A stretch of 64,000 nucleotides of DNA from an uncultured Actinomycetota bacterium (GTDB lineage: Bacteria > Actinomycetota > Actinomycetes > Mycobacteriales > SCTD01). A program made the position numbers and the translations under genes. Location: assembly GCA_963784705.1 (NCBI GenBank), contig CAWASC010000010.1:290434-354433 (forward strand). Reading direction: 5' to 3'. The notes under the pieces were generated by a model, which saw only the letters and a list, made by a program, of their open reading frames with translations, did not search any database and was not told the DNA's origin. Positions within the stretch are counted from its first letter, which is position 1. Every line of letters starts with the position of its first letter. Positions 35,208-44,781 of this stretch are shown here, one piece after another.

Positions 35208-37270
35208 GGGAGGGCTCCTTCGGTGTCGAGGCTGACGCGGACGGCGTCCAGCAGGGCGGTCGCGTCGAAGGGCTTCGACAAGACCGTGGTGTGGGGAGGC
35301 AGGTCACCGACCCCGGTCAGTCGGTCGCCGACGTAGCCGGACGCGAGGACGACCGGCAGGTCGGGGCGCTCGTCCCGCAGCGCCGCGGCGAGGTCGGGGC
35401 CGGACAGCCCGCCGGGCATGACGACGTCGCTCACGAGCAGGTCGAGGTGCCCGGTGGTAAACAGCCGGAGCGCCTCCGGCCCGCTCGCGGCCTCGACGAC
35501 GTCGTACCCCGCCTCGCGCAGGATGCGGGCCGAGGCTCGCCGTACGGCGGGCTGGTCCTCCACGAGCAGCACCCGCGCGACCCCGCGGCCGTCGGGGCGT
35601 TCGGGCTGGGCGGTGTCGGTGACCGGCAGCTCGGCGGTGGTCGTGGGGAGCAGCACCGTCACCGTCGTCCCGCGGGCGGAGGAGGACAGCTCGACCTGAC
35701 CCCCCGCACGGGTGACGATGCCGTAGACGGTGGCGAGGCCGAGTCCGGTGCCCTGACCGATGTCCTTCGTGGTGAAGAACGGCTCGAAGGCACGCTCCCG
35801 GGTGTGCGCGTCCATCCCGGTGCCGGAGTCGCGCACCCGCAGTCGGGCCTGTTCGCCGGACGCACCGGGGACCTCGTCGAGCGTCATCACCAAGCGGCCA
35901 CCGTGCGGCATGGCGTCACGGGCGTTGACGGCGAGGTTCATGATGACCTGGTCGAGCTCGATCGGGTCGGCCCGAACCAGGACCGGGCCTGGCGGGGTGA
36001 CGACGTCCACGTCGATGTCGTCCCGCAGGGTGCGCTGCAGCAGCGAGTGCCGCTCGAGCAGCAGCCCGCGCAGGTCCAGGACGTGCTGTCGAGCCGGCTC
36101 GCGGCGGCTGAACATCACGAGCTGGCGGACCAGCTCGGACCCCCGTCGGGCCGCCCGGTCGACCTCGTCGACGTCTGCCAGCCAGGGCTGGCCGGCGCCC
36201 TCGGCCCTGAGGAACCCCAGGTAGCTGAACATCACGGCGAGCAGGTTGTTGAAGTCGTGCGCGATCCCGCCCGCCAGCTGGCCGACGGCCTCGAGCCGCT
36301 GGGCCTGACGCAGCTGCTGCTCGGTCTGCGCCTGCAGCTGCACGGCCCGTTCGACCTCGGCGCTGCGCTGCTCGAGCTCGGCCACGAGCAGCAGAGCCTG
36401 GTCGCGACGGCGTTGACTGGCCTCGAGCAGGGCCGACACGGCGCCACCTCCGGCGAGGGCGAAGGCGCACAGGAACCAGGGAAAGGCCTGGGCGGCGGTG
36501 CCGGCCAGGGGGGAGCGCGGATGGAGCACCAGCAGCAGCGGCGCCTGGGTCGGGGTGGCAGTGCTGCGGAAGGCGTCGTCGAAGGTGACTGCCGCGCGCG
36601 CCACGCCGCGGCGTCCGGTGAGCGGGAGCACGGCGCGGTTGCTCATGACCAGGTCCGCCGGTGTCTCCCGACCGAGGTAGAGCGCGAAGTCGACGTTGGA
36701 GAAGGCTTTGCCGGGCAGAGCCGGGATCGACGTCACGTCCGTGTCGAGCCCCAGCTCGAGGTAGACCGCGTCGGCGGGGCCGGCCGGTGCGACGAAGACC
36801 AGGGCCCGTCGGTCGCCGGATCGAGCAAGGGGGAGGAGCGCCAGGGCGTGCCCGTCGAGCGCCGCGCGCGTGTCGACACCGAGAGTGGGGGCGCCCAGCG
36901 GTCCGAGCGGCTGTCCGGCGCGAGCGAGCACCGTCCCGTCCGACCGGCGGATCAGGGCCGCGGCACGTGCGCCGAGACCGCCCTGCGCCGCCGGACGCAG
37001 GATGCCGGTGGCGACGGCCTGGAAGTGCTCGGCGCTCACCTGGCCCTGTGCCGTGACCGCTTGGGCGAGGGCGTCGGTCGCCGCACTCGTCTGACCGAGC
37101 AGGGTGGCGAGCACGAAGGCACCCTGGCCCGCCTGCTGGTCGGCGAGACGCTGCTCGCTCTGGTCGACGAGGCTGCGGGTGAGCAGCACCGACAGCGTCG
37201 CGCCGATCAGGGTCAGCAGGAGGACCAGACCGGTCGTGCGGTGGAGTCGGCGGGGCGTCGAACGGGACAT
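35204..37270 (-). CDS. hybrid sensor histidine kinase (TM - extracytoplasmic domain - TM - HisKA - HATPase - receiver)
   Basis: 688 aa. The H-box is GIAHDFNNLL. The N/G boxes are NLAVNARDAM, RDSGTGM and GTGLGLATV. The C-terminal receiver reads VLLVEDQP..DLLVSDVVMPG. Confidence 0.85.
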   Translation of the reverse strand: MSRSTPRRLHRTTGLVLLLTLIGATLSVLLTRSLVDQSEQRLADQQAGQGAFVLATLLGQTSAATDALAQAVTAQGQVSAEHFQAVATGILRPAAQGGLGARAAALIRRSDGTVLARAGQPLGPLGAPTLGVDTRAALDGHALALLPLARSGDRRALVFVAPAGPADAVYLELGLDTDVTSIPALPGKAFSNVDFALYLGRETPADLVMSNRAVLPLTGRRGVARAAVTFDDAFRSTATPTQAPLLLVLHPRSPLAGTAAQAFPWFLCAFALAGGGAVSALLEASQRRRDQALLLVAELEQRSAEVERAVQLQAQTEQQLRQAQRLEAVGQLAGGIAHDFNNLLAVMFSYLGFLRAEGAGQPWLADVDEVDRAARRGSELVRQLVMFSRREPARQHVLDLRGLLLERHSLLQRTLRDDIDVDVVTPPGPVLVRADPIELDQVIMNLAVNARDAMPHGGRLVMTLDEVPGASGEQARLRVRDSGTGMDAHTRERAFEPFFTTKDIGQGTGLGLATVYGIVTRAGGQVELSSSARGTTVTVLLPTTTAELPVTDTAQPERPDGRGVARVLLVEDQPAVRRASARILREAGYDVVEAASGPEALRLFTTGHLDLLVSDVVMPGGLSGPDLAAALRDERPDLPVVLASGYVGDRLTGVGDLPPHTTVLSKPFDATALLDAVRVSLDTEGALP

Positions 37271-37378
37271 GCATCCTCATCACGTTGAGTAGGTGTTGCT
37301 TACTCAGCGTGACGGACAGGTCTCGTCACGGATAGTGACCACTCGGGCCATCTTGTCCCGATTTGGGAAGCCGGGACC

Positions 37379-37400
37379 GTCTGGTTCGAAATGACCAGAC
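37379..37400 (-). terminator. stem-loop 19 nt downstream of lipA (weak terminator candidate)
   Basis: GTCTGGT-N8-ACCAGAC forms a 7-bp perfect stem in a visibly lower-GC spacer. There is no U-tract. Confidence 0.3.
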
Positions 37401-37418
37401 TCGCCCAGCGACGCACGG

Positions 37419-38348
37419 TCAGGTGCGGGCGCGGCGCTCCAGGGCCTGGGCGTACAGGCGACCCGCGCGGTACGACGACCGCACCAGCGGCCCTGACATC
37501 ACGCCGGCGAAGCCGATCTCCTCGGCCTCCTCGCGCAGCGCGACGAACTCCTCGGGCGTGACCCACCGCTCGACCGGGTGGTGCCGCTTGCTGGGCCGGA
37601 GGTACTGCGTGATGGTCACCAGGTCGCAGCCGGCCGCGTGCAGGTCGGACAGCGCCTCGCTGATCTCCTCGCGGGTCTCGCCCATCCCGAGGATCAGGTT
37701 GGACTTGGTCACCATCCCCGCCGTACGCGCCTGGGTGATCACGTCGAGCGAGCGCTCGTAGCGGAAGCCGGGGCGGATGCGGCGGAAGATACGGGGGACC
37801 GTCTCGACGTTGTGGGCCAGCACCTCCGGCGCGCTGCCGAAGACCTCGGCGAGCTGCTCGGGCTTGGCGTCGAAGTCGGGGATGAGCAGCTCGACGTGGA
37901 TGCCGGGCACGGCCTCGTGCACGAGCCGGACGGTCTCGGCGTAGAGCCACGCCCCGCCGTCGGGGAGGTCGTCACGGGCGACGCCGGTGATCGTGGCGTA
38001 CCGCAGCCCCATCTTCCCCACCGACTCGGCGACGCGTCGGGGCTCGTCGGTGTCGTAGGCCGCGGGCTTGCCGGTGTCGATGTTGCAGAAGTCGCACCGA
38101 CGGGTGCACTGGTCGCCACCGATGAGGAAGGTCGCCTCGCGGTCCTCCCAGCACTCGTAGATGTTGGGGCAGGCCGCCTCCTCGCACACCGTGTGCAGCC
38201 CCTCGGCCTTCACGAGGGCCTTGAGCGAGGTGTACTCCGGCCCCATCACAGCCCTGGTCTTGATCCAGGACGGCTTCTTCTCGATCGGCGTCTCGGCGTT
38301 GCGCACCTCAAGGCGCAGGAGCTTGCGGCCCTCAGGTGCGATCGTCAT
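37419..38348 (-). CDS. lipA: lipoyl synthase
   Basis: 309 aa with the auxiliary cluster CPNIYECW and the radical-SAM motif CTRRCDFC. Confidence 0.95.
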   Translation of the reverse strand: MTIAPEGRKLLRLEVRNAETPIEKKPSWIKTRAVMGPEYTSLKALVKAEGLHTVCEEAACPNIYECWEDREATFLIGGDQCTRRCDFCNIDTGKPAAYDTDEPRRVAESVGKMGLRYATITGVARDDLPDGGAWLYAETVRLVHEAVPGIHVELLIPDFDAKPEQLAEVFGSAPEVLAHNVETVPRIFRRIRPGFRYERSLDVITQARTAGMVTKSNLILGMGETREEISEALSDLHAAGCDLVTITQYLRPSKRHHPVERWVTPEEFVALREEAEEIGFAGVMSGPLVRSSYRAGRLYAQALERRART

Positions 38349-38393
38349 GTCACCCAGGCTAACGACGAACGGCTAGCGTCGCTTCCCGTGCAG

Positions 38394-38858
38394 ATGCGCT
38401 ACCTGACGGTCGACCCCGCCACCTCCGACCTCGACGAGCTCGAACGCGACCCCGACGTCGCGATGCTGTGGTTCGCCGACGGCAGCCCGATGGAGCTCGG
38501 CCTGGCCTGGCACGGGATCCACTTCCTGCTCAACGGCTCGGCCTGGGGCGGGTCGCCTCCGCTGTCCGACGCGGTCCTCGGCGGGACACCGGTCGGCGAC
38601 CCGACGTCGTACGAGCCGGTCCGCTACCTGTCGCCGGCCGAGGTGGCGGCCGTTGCCGACGCCCTGCCGGGTGCCGACGAGCTCGTGCCACGCTTCACCC
38701 ACAAGGCGATGAAGCAGGCAGAGATCTACCCCGACGCCGCCTGGGACAAGGCCGACGCGCTCACCGCCTTCCTGCTCCCGTCGTACGCCGATCTCGTCTC
38801 GTTCTTCACCCGCGCCGCAGCCGCCGGCGAGGCCGTCCTCATCACCTTGGAGCGCTAG
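38394..38858 (+). CDS. DUF1877 (YfbM-like) family protein
   Basis: 154 aa from ATG 38394, within track ORF 37578..38858. The segments LAWHGIHFLLNG..PLSDAVLGG..AEIYP resemble E. coli YfbM as remembered. Confidence 0.6.
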   Translation: MRYLTVDPATSDLDELERDPDVAMLWFADGSPMELGLAWHGIHFLLNGSAWGGSPPLSDAVLGGTPVGDPTSYEPVRYLSPAEVAAVADALPGADELVPRFTHKAMKQAEIYPDAAWDKADALTAFLLPSYADLVSFFTRAAAAGEAVLITLER

Positions 38859-39763
38859 TGGACCTGCGCATCTTCACCGAGCCCCAGCAGGGCGCGACGT
38901 ACGACGACCTGCTGCGCGTGGCGAAGGCGACCGAGGACCTCGGCTTCGACGCCTTCTTCCGCTCCGACCACTACCTGACCATGGGCGGCGACGGCCTGCC
39001 CGGTCCGACCGACGCCTGGATCACCCTGGCCGGCCTCGCCCGCGAGACCTCCCGCCTCCGGCTCGGCACGCTGGTCACCGCCGGCACGTTCCGGCTCCCG
39101 GGCGTGCTCGCGATCAGCGTCGCGCAGGTCGACCAGATGTCGGGCGGGCGCGTCGAGCTCGGCCTCGGCACCGGCTGGTACGACGCCGAGCACACCGCGT
39201 ACGGCATCCCGTTCCCCCCGCTCGGTGAGCGGTTCGACCGCTTCGAGGAGCAGCTGCAGGTCATCCAGGGGCTGTGGGAGGCCCCGGGCACCTTCAGCTT
39301 CACGGGCGAGCACTACCAGCTGGTCGACTCCCCGGCGCTGCCGAAGCCGACCCAGTCGCACGTCCCGCTGCTCATCGGCGGGTTCGGCGCCAAGCGCACG
39401 CCGCGGCTGGCCGCGACGTACGCCGACGAGTACAACGTGCCCTTCCACTCGGTGGAGGAGACCGCCGCGGCGTTCGGCCGGGTCCGCGAGGCGTGCCAGG
39501 TGACCGGCCGGACGGTGATCGAGTCGGCGGCGCAGGTCGTCTGCTGCGGCACGGGTGACCAGCTGAGCCGCCGGGCCGAGAAGCTCGGTCGCGACCTCGA
39601 CGGGCTGCGTCGCGACGGGCTGGCCGGCTCACCGGCCGAGGTCGTCGAGAAGCTCGGAACGTTCGCGGAGGCCGGCGCCACGCGGGTCTACCTGCAGGTG
39701 ATGGACCTCGCCGACCTCGACCACCTCGAGCTGATCGCCAGCGAGGTCATGCCGCAGGTGTGA
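38858..39763 (+). CDS. LLM-class F420-dependent oxidoreductase
   Basis: 301 aa from GTG 38858, which overlaps the upstream TAG. Motifs seen: FDAFFRSDHY, LGTLVTAGTFR, VELGLGTGW. It lies within track ORF 38468..39763. Confidence 0.8.
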   Translation: MDLRIFTEPQQGATYDDLLRVAKATEDLGFDAFFRSDHYLTMGGDGLPGPTDAWITLAGLARETSRLRLGTLVTAGTFRLPGVLAISVAQVDQMSGGRVELGLGTGWYDAEHTAYGIPFPPLGERFDRFEEQLQVIQGLWEAPGTFSFTGEHYQLVDSPALPKPTQSHVPLLIGGFGAKRTPRLAATYADEYNVPFHSVEETAAAFGRVREACQVTGRTVIESAAQVVCCGTGDQLSRRAEKLGRDLDGLRRDGLAGSPAEVVEKLGTFAEAGATRVYLQVMDLADLDHLELIASEVMPQV

Positions 39764-40481
39764 GCTTCTCGGAGAAGAACTCCAGCACCCGCTGCACCGC
39801 GCCGTCGTCGCGGTGCTCGGTCACGACCGAGTGCTGCTTGCCGGGCAGTTCGACGGCGAGGAACCCGTTGCCGAGCTCGCGCCGCAGGGTGTCGAACCGG
39901 GTGCCGACCATCGGGTCTCCGCGGTAGCGCAGTCCCAGGACCTGACAGCCTCCGGCGACCTGCTCCTTGACGGCGGTAAGGTCGGCGGGCGACAGGTTGA
40001 GGTCGGCCCGCAGGGCCTTCGTGACGCCGAACGGCATGGACGGCTGCGACAGCACCGGGGCGGCCACGTGCCCGTCCACCATCATCGCGAGCGCGAAGCC
40101 GCCGCTGAAGCACATCCCGAGCGCGCCGACCCCCGGGCCGCCGAGCTCCGCGTGCAGGTCCCGCGCAAGAGCGCGCAACCACTGCGTCACCGGCGAGGTC
40201 TGGTGGGTCGCCCAGGTGCTGAACTCCTTGGACACGCACACTTTCGCCACGGTCGCTGCAGTGTTGCCCAGTCCGGCGGGTCGCCCCGGCGTCCCGAGCA
40301 GTGAGGGCATCACGACGGTGAAGCCGGCATCGACGACCTCCTCGGCGAACGCCTGCACCTTGGGCGTGATCCCCGGGATCTCGTGGATGACGATGACACC
40401 CGGTCCGCTGCCTCGCCGGTACGTCGGGAAGGTGCGCCCCCCGTCGGTGAACGCGCTCAGGTCCCACCCGGTGAGGCTCAT
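39747..40481 (-). CDS. dienelactone hydrolase family protein
   Basis: 244 aa with GVIVIHEIPG and a nucleophile region GMCFSGGFAL. Its 3' end overlaps the convergent LLM gene by 17 nt. Confidence 0.8.
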   Translation of the reverse strand: MSLTGWDLSAFTDGGRTFPTYRRGSGPGVIVIHEIPGITPKVQAFAEEVVDAGFTVVMPSLLGTPGRPAGLGNTAATVAKVCVSKEFSTWATHQTSPVTQWLRALARDLHAELGGPGVGALGMCFSGGFALAMMVDGHVAAPVLSQPSMPFGVTKALRADLNLSPADLTAVKEQVAGGCQVLGLRYRGDPMVGTRFDTLRRELGNGFLAVELPGKQHSVVTEHRDDGAVQRVLEFFSEKLTPAA

Positions 40482-40492
40482 GGGCGGCGACT

Positions 40493-41245
40493 CTAGAGGG
40501 ACAGCTGCTCGGCCCGCTGCACCGACGCGACGACGGCCGGTTCGACGGTGACCAGGTCACCGGTGGTGACGACACCGGGCACCACCACCGACGCGTACAA
40601 CCGGCTGGCACCGGGCCGGACCTGCTGCGACATCCGGCTGGTGTCGCCGTCCACGAACCACCGGGCGTTCTTCACGCAGGGCACGGCGTAGGCCGTGACC
40701 TGCAGCACCGCCGTACCGACCTGCAGGCGGACGCCGGGGGAAAGGGAAGGCCAGGACAGGCCGCGCAGGGTGAGGTTCTCCCCGGCGCTGCCGAAGCCGA
40801 TCGGGTGACCCTCGACGCGCAGGCCCTCGATGACCTCCGCGGACCACAGGCACACCGCCTGCCACGGCCGTCCGTGGTGCCGGCGGTTCTGCTGCACGTC
40901 ACCGTCGAGGCCGTGCCAGCCGAGCCTGACCCGGTCCACGGCCGACTTGGGGACACCCCCGCCGCTGGTGCTGAGCTGTGCGACCGACCCCCTGCCGTGC
41001 GTCTGGCCGGCGTGGCGCAGCCGACCGGCCCGGTGCAGGCAGTGGACGGCCTCGTGGACCGTGCCGGCACTGTGGTCGTCCGGCAGCTCCTGCAGCGCGG
41101 CCAGGACCCGCACCAGATCTGCCTGCAGCGGCAGCGGCGCGCCGTCCAGCACCTGCAGGGCCAGGCCCCGCACGTCCTTGCGCGTCGTCCGGAGGTCGCC
41201 GTCGGTCCACAGGGCGGCGTCGAAGCCGCAGGTCTCGCACTGCAC
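40493..41245 (-). CDS. MOSC domain protein with N-terminal DinB-like/Cys-containing region
   Basis: 250 aa from GTG 41245, the tail of track ORF 40493..42733. The MOSC part reads GGGVPKSAV..GLDGDVQQNRRHHG..AVCLWSAEVI..GENLTL.. and ends with the Cys context AYAVPCVKNARWF. Confidence 0.7.
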   Translation of the reverse strand: MQCETCGFDAALWTDGDLRTTRKDVRGLALQVLDGAPLPLQADLVRVLAALQELPDDHSAGTVHEAVHCLHRAGRLRHAGQTHGRGSVAQLSTSGGGVPKSAVDRVRLGWHGLDGDVQQNRRHHGRPWQAVCLWSAEVIEGLRVEGHPIGFGSAGENLTLRGLSWPSLSPGVRLQVGTAVLQVTAYAVPCVKNARWFVDGDTSRMSQQVRPGASRLYASVVVPGVVTTGDLVTVEPAVVASVQRAEQLSL

Positions 41246-41256
41246 GAGAGAGGACC

Positions 41257-41898
41257 CTAGGCGTCGGCGGACTGCGTCGCAGGGCTTTTCGCGAGGTCGA
41301 GCAGTGGGAGGTGCCGTTCGAGCAGCGGCAGCACCTCCGACACGGGGACGGGCCGACCGAGCTCGACGCTCAACGTCGTCACACCCGCGTCGCGGATCCC
41401 ACACGCCACCACCGCGTCGTACGGCGCGAGGCTGTTGTCGCAGTTCAGCGCGAAGCCGTGCATCGTGACGCCCCGCGCGATGCGGATGCCGATCGCGCCG
41501 AGCTTGCGCGCCCCGTCGCTGGTCCAGACCCCGCTGCGCCCCTCGATCCGCGTGGTGGGCAGACCCAGGTCGTCGCACACGTCGATGAGCACCTGCTCGA
41601 CCCGGCGGACGTAGGCCACGACGTCGACCGGGTCGGCGAGGCGGACGATCGGGTAACCGGTCACCTGCCCCGGTCCGTGCCAGGTGATCTTGCCGCCGCG
41701 ATCCACGTCGACGACCCGCGACCCGTCGGTCGGTCGCTCCCACGGCTCGGTACGCTTGCCGGCGGTGTAGACGCTCTCGTGCTCGAGCAGCAGCACGACG
41801 TCCTCGTGCGTACCGTCGGCGACCTGGGCGTGCAGGTGCTGCTGGAGGACCCAGGCGTCGTCGTACGCGACGTGACCGACACGACGGATCTGCACCAC
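41257..41898 (-). CDS. lipB: lipoyl(octanoyl) transferase
   Basis: 213 aa with [27 protein letters not shown] and KLGAIGIR. Confidence 0.9.
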   Translation of the reverse strand: MVQIRRVGHVAYDDAWVLQQHLHAQVADGTHEDVVLLLEHESVYTAGKRTEPWERPTDGSRVVDVDRGGKITWHGPGQVTGYPIVRLADPVDVVAYVRRVEQVLIDVCDDLGLPTTRIEGRSGVWTSDGARKLGAIGIRIARGVTMHGFALNCDNSLAPYDAVVACGIRDAGVTTLSVELGRPVPVSEVLPLLERHLPLLDLAKSPATQSADA

Positions 41899-41932
41899 GC
41901 GAGCCTACGTCCGCGCTGACTAGGGTGCGTCG

Positions 41933-44071
41933 GTGATCAGAAGACGAGACGGGTTCGCAGGACGCCACCGGGTGGGCGAGATCTCGGCGCTCGTCGCAGT
42001 GGTCTACATCGCCCTGGTGCTGCTGGGCTTCCTCGGGGCGTTCGGCAAGCTCGCCGACCGTCAGGAGAACTCCAACGCGGCGTTCCTGCCCCGGGACGCG
42101 GAGTCGACCCAGGCCCTCGCGTTGCAGGAGGACTTCGTCGGCAAGAACGTCTCGCCGACGGTCGTGCTCTACGAGCGCTCCGGTTCCCTCACCGCCGCGG
42201 ACCAGGCGCGGATCGTCGCCGACCTGACGCTGATCAGGGGCAAGGGCTGGCTGGTCGGCGACCCGCAGCCGCCCCGCACCAGCCCTGACGGCCGAGCCAG
42301 CCAGGTGCTCCTGCCGATGGACGGCCGGGACACGCCGACCTTCATCGAGAACGTCGACGCGATGCGGACCCTGCTCGCCCGTCCGGGGCTGCCCGAGGGG
42401 CTGACGACCTACGTCACCGGCCAGGGTGGGGTGCAGGCGGACCTGCTCGAGGTCTTCGGCTCCATCGACGGCACCCTGCTGCTCGCCACCATGACGATCG
42501 TCATCGTGATCCTGCTCGGGGTCTACCGCAGCCCGGTCCTGTGGGTGCTGCCGCTGCTGTCGGTCGGTATGGCGTACGTCCTCGCCGGCGGCATCATCTC
42601 GATGCTGGTGAAGGCGGACGTGCTCACCGTCGACGGCCAGAGCGCCGGCATCCTGCCGGTGCTGGTGTTCGGTGCGGGCACCGACTACGCGCTGCTGCTG
42701 ATCGCCCGGTACCGCGAGGAGCTGCACCGCCACGACCGGTCGTGGCCGGCGATGAAGGTGGCGCTGCGAGGCGCCGTACCCCCGATCCTCGCGTCCTCAG
42801 CGACGGTGGTGCTCGGCGTGCTGTGCCTGCTGGCCAGCGAGCTCTCGAGCAACCGCGGGCTCGGGCCGGTCGCCGCGATCGGCGTCGCCTGCGCGGCGGT
42901 GACCATGGTGCTGCTCCTTCCGGCGTTGCTGCTCATCCTGGGACGCCGCGTCTTCTGGCCGCGCATCCCCCACCCGGACGGCCTGGACCCGGTGGCCTCG
43001 GGGATCTGGTCGCGCGTGGCCGACCTCGTTGCCCGACGGACGGTGTGGACCGCCGTCGCGAGCACCGTGGTCCTGCTGGTGCTCGCCGGATTCGCCTTCG
43101 GGCTCAAGGCGTCGGGCATCCCGCAGACCGAGATCATCCGGGGGCAGGCAGAGTCGGTCGTCGGGCAGCAGCGGCTCGAGGCGCACTTCCCCGGAGGCGT
43201 CGGGACACCGGTGGACCTCATCGCGCCGGCGAGCCTGGTCAACGAGGTCCGCGCCGTCGCCCAGCGGACGCCGGGCGTGGTGACGACCGTGGTGCTCGAC
43301 GACGAGGGCGGGATCACCGGGACGCCGAAGGTCGTCGCCGGGCGGGTGGTCGTCGAGGCCGTGCTCAGTGCCGGGGGCGACTCACCCGCGGCGACCAAGG
43401 TCGTGCAGCAGCTCCGCCGTGACCTCGACGCCGTCTCGACCGATGTGCTGGTGGGTGGTTTCACCGCCATCGACCTCGACATCCAGGACGCGTCGCAACG
43501 GGACCGGACCCTCATCCTTCCCCTGGTGCTGCTGGTGATCCTGCTCGTGCTCGCCGTCCTGCTGCGCAGCCTGGTCGCCCCGCTGCTGCTGGTCGCGTCG
43601 GTGGTGCTGAGCTTCGCCGCAACCCTCGGTGCGTGTGCCCTGGTGTTCGACCACGTCTTCCACTTTCCCGGCGCGGACTCCGCGTTCCCGCTGTTCGCGT
43701 TCGTGTTCATCGTCGCGTTGGGGATCGACTACAACATCTTCCTCATGACGCGGGTGCGTGAGGAGAGCGCGCTGGTCGGCACCCGCGCGGGGACGTTGCG
43801 AGGCCTCACCGTCACCGGCGGTGTCATCACCAGTGCCGGGCTGGTGCTGGCGGCGACGTTCGCGGCGCTGGGGGTGCTGCCCCTCGTGCCGTTCGCGGAG
43901 ATCGGCTTCGCCGTCGCGTTCGGCGTACTGCTCGACACCTTCCTCGTCCGTTCGCTGCTGGTCCCCGCCCTGGCACTGCTGGTGGGCGACACGCTGTGGT
44001 GGCCCAGCCGGCTCGCCAAGGGGCCAGCCCCCCGCGCAGGGGCGCTGGCCGGCAGAGCAGAACGGGACTAG
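41933..44071 (+). CDS. MMPL family (RND superfamily) transporter
   Basis: 712 aa with two repeated TM bundles, each followed by a similar motif (GTDYALLLIARYREEL and GIDYNIFLMTRVREE). Confidence 0.85.
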   Translation: MIRRRDGFAGRHRVGEISALVAVVYIALVLLGFLGAFGKLADRQENSNAAFLPRDAESTQALALQEDFVGKNVSPTVVLYERSGSLTAADQARIVADLTLIRGKGWLVGDPQPPRTSPDGRASQVLLPMDGRDTPTFIENVDAMRTLLARPGLPEGLTTYVTGQGGVQADLLEVFGSIDGTLLLATMTIVIVILLGVYRSPVLWVLPLLSVGMAYVLAGGIISMLVKADVLTVDGQSAGILPVLVFGAGTDYALLLIARYREELHRHDRSWPAMKVALRGAVPPILASSATVVLGVLCLLASELSSNRGLGPVAAIGVACAAVTMVLLLPALLLILGRRVFWPRIPHPDGLDPVASGIWSRVADLVARRTVWTAVASTVVLLVLAGFAFGLKASGIPQTEIIRGQAESVVGQQRLEAHFPGGVGTPVDLIAPASLVNEVRAVAQRTPGVVTTVVLDDEGGITGTPKVVAGRVVVEAVLSAGGDSPAATKVVQQLRRDLDAVSTDVLVGGFTAIDLDIQDASQRDRTLILPLVLLVILLVLAVLLRSLVAPLLLVASVVLSFAATLGACALVFDHVFHFPGADSAFPLFAFVFIVALGIDYNIFLMTRVREESALVGTRAGTLRGLTVTGGVITSAGLVLAATFAALGVLPLVPFAEIGFAVAFGVLLDTFLVRSLLVPALALLVGDTLWWPSRLAKGPAPRAGALAGRAERD

Positions 44072-44781
44072 CCGATCCGGCGTACCGGGAGGGCCGTCTC
44101 GACCACGGTGTCCCCGACCCGCTCGACCCGGTAGGCCAAGGCGCCGTCGCGGTCGGACACGGCCTCGACCACCTCGGTGTCGCGGTAGACGATCGCGACC
44201 CCGTCATCGGTCGCGAAGGACAGCGGCAGGGTGCCGTCCGCGACCAGCCGGTGCAGCAGCGGCCGCCGCTGGGCCTCGGTGTCGTAGTGCACGCCGTTGC
44301 CGTACGGCAGCAGAGCCAGGCCGTTGGTCACCGGTCGGAGGTCCGGCCCGAACGAGTCGGTCGTCCCGCCGAGGTGCCAGCACAGCGATCCCGCGCTGAT
44401 GCCGCCGAGAACGACGCCGGACTCCCAGGCCTCACGCATCGCCACGTCGAGCCCGTGCAGGCGCCAGAGCGCGAGCAGTCCGGCGACGCTGCCACCCCCG
44501 ACGAACACCAGGTCGCTGTCGAGCAGGGCCTGCCGCGGGTCGGGGACGTTGGGCATCGGCATGAGCCGCAGCACCTGTACGTCGAAACGGGTGCCCCGGA
44601 AGGCCTCGTGCACGACCCCGGTGTAGGCGTCGCCGTCGGGTCCTGCCGTGGTGACGAAGGTCAGTCGCGGTCGCGCGGGGTCACCGGCGAGCGCGGCCAT
44701 GACGTCGAAGACCGGACCGGCCACCCTGTCACGCACCGGGTCGGCGGCCCAGCCCATCGACCCCGCCACGATCCAGCTCAT
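44068..44781 (-). CDS. peptidase S51 (dipeptidase E / cyanophycinase-like) family protein
   Basis: 237 aa with LVFVGGGSVAGLL and the nucleophile context LGGISAGSLCW. Confidence 0.75.
   Translation of the reverse strand: MSWIVAGSMGWAADPVRDRVAGPVFDVMAALAGDPARPRLTFVTTAGPDGDAYTGVVHEAFRGTRFDVQVLRLMPMPNVPDPRQALLDSDLVFVGGGSVAGLLALWRLHGLDVAMREAWESGVVLGGISAGSLCWHLGGTTDSFGPDLRPVTNGLALLPYGNGVHYDTEAQRRPLLHRLVADGTLPLSFATDDGVAIVYRDTEVVEAVSDRDGALAYRVERVGDTVVETALPVRRIG

Noticed and set aside
37379-37400. The GGTTCGAA motif, suggestive of a tRNA T-arm.
   Set aside because: The loop is 8 nt rather than 7. No complementary acceptor stem, D-arm or anticodon arm can be drawn on either strand.
41246-42733. Upstream part of the 746-aa minus-strand ORF.
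   Set aside because: It overlaps lipB (same strand, other frame) and is antisense to the MMPL gene. The MOSC protein starts at GTG 41245.
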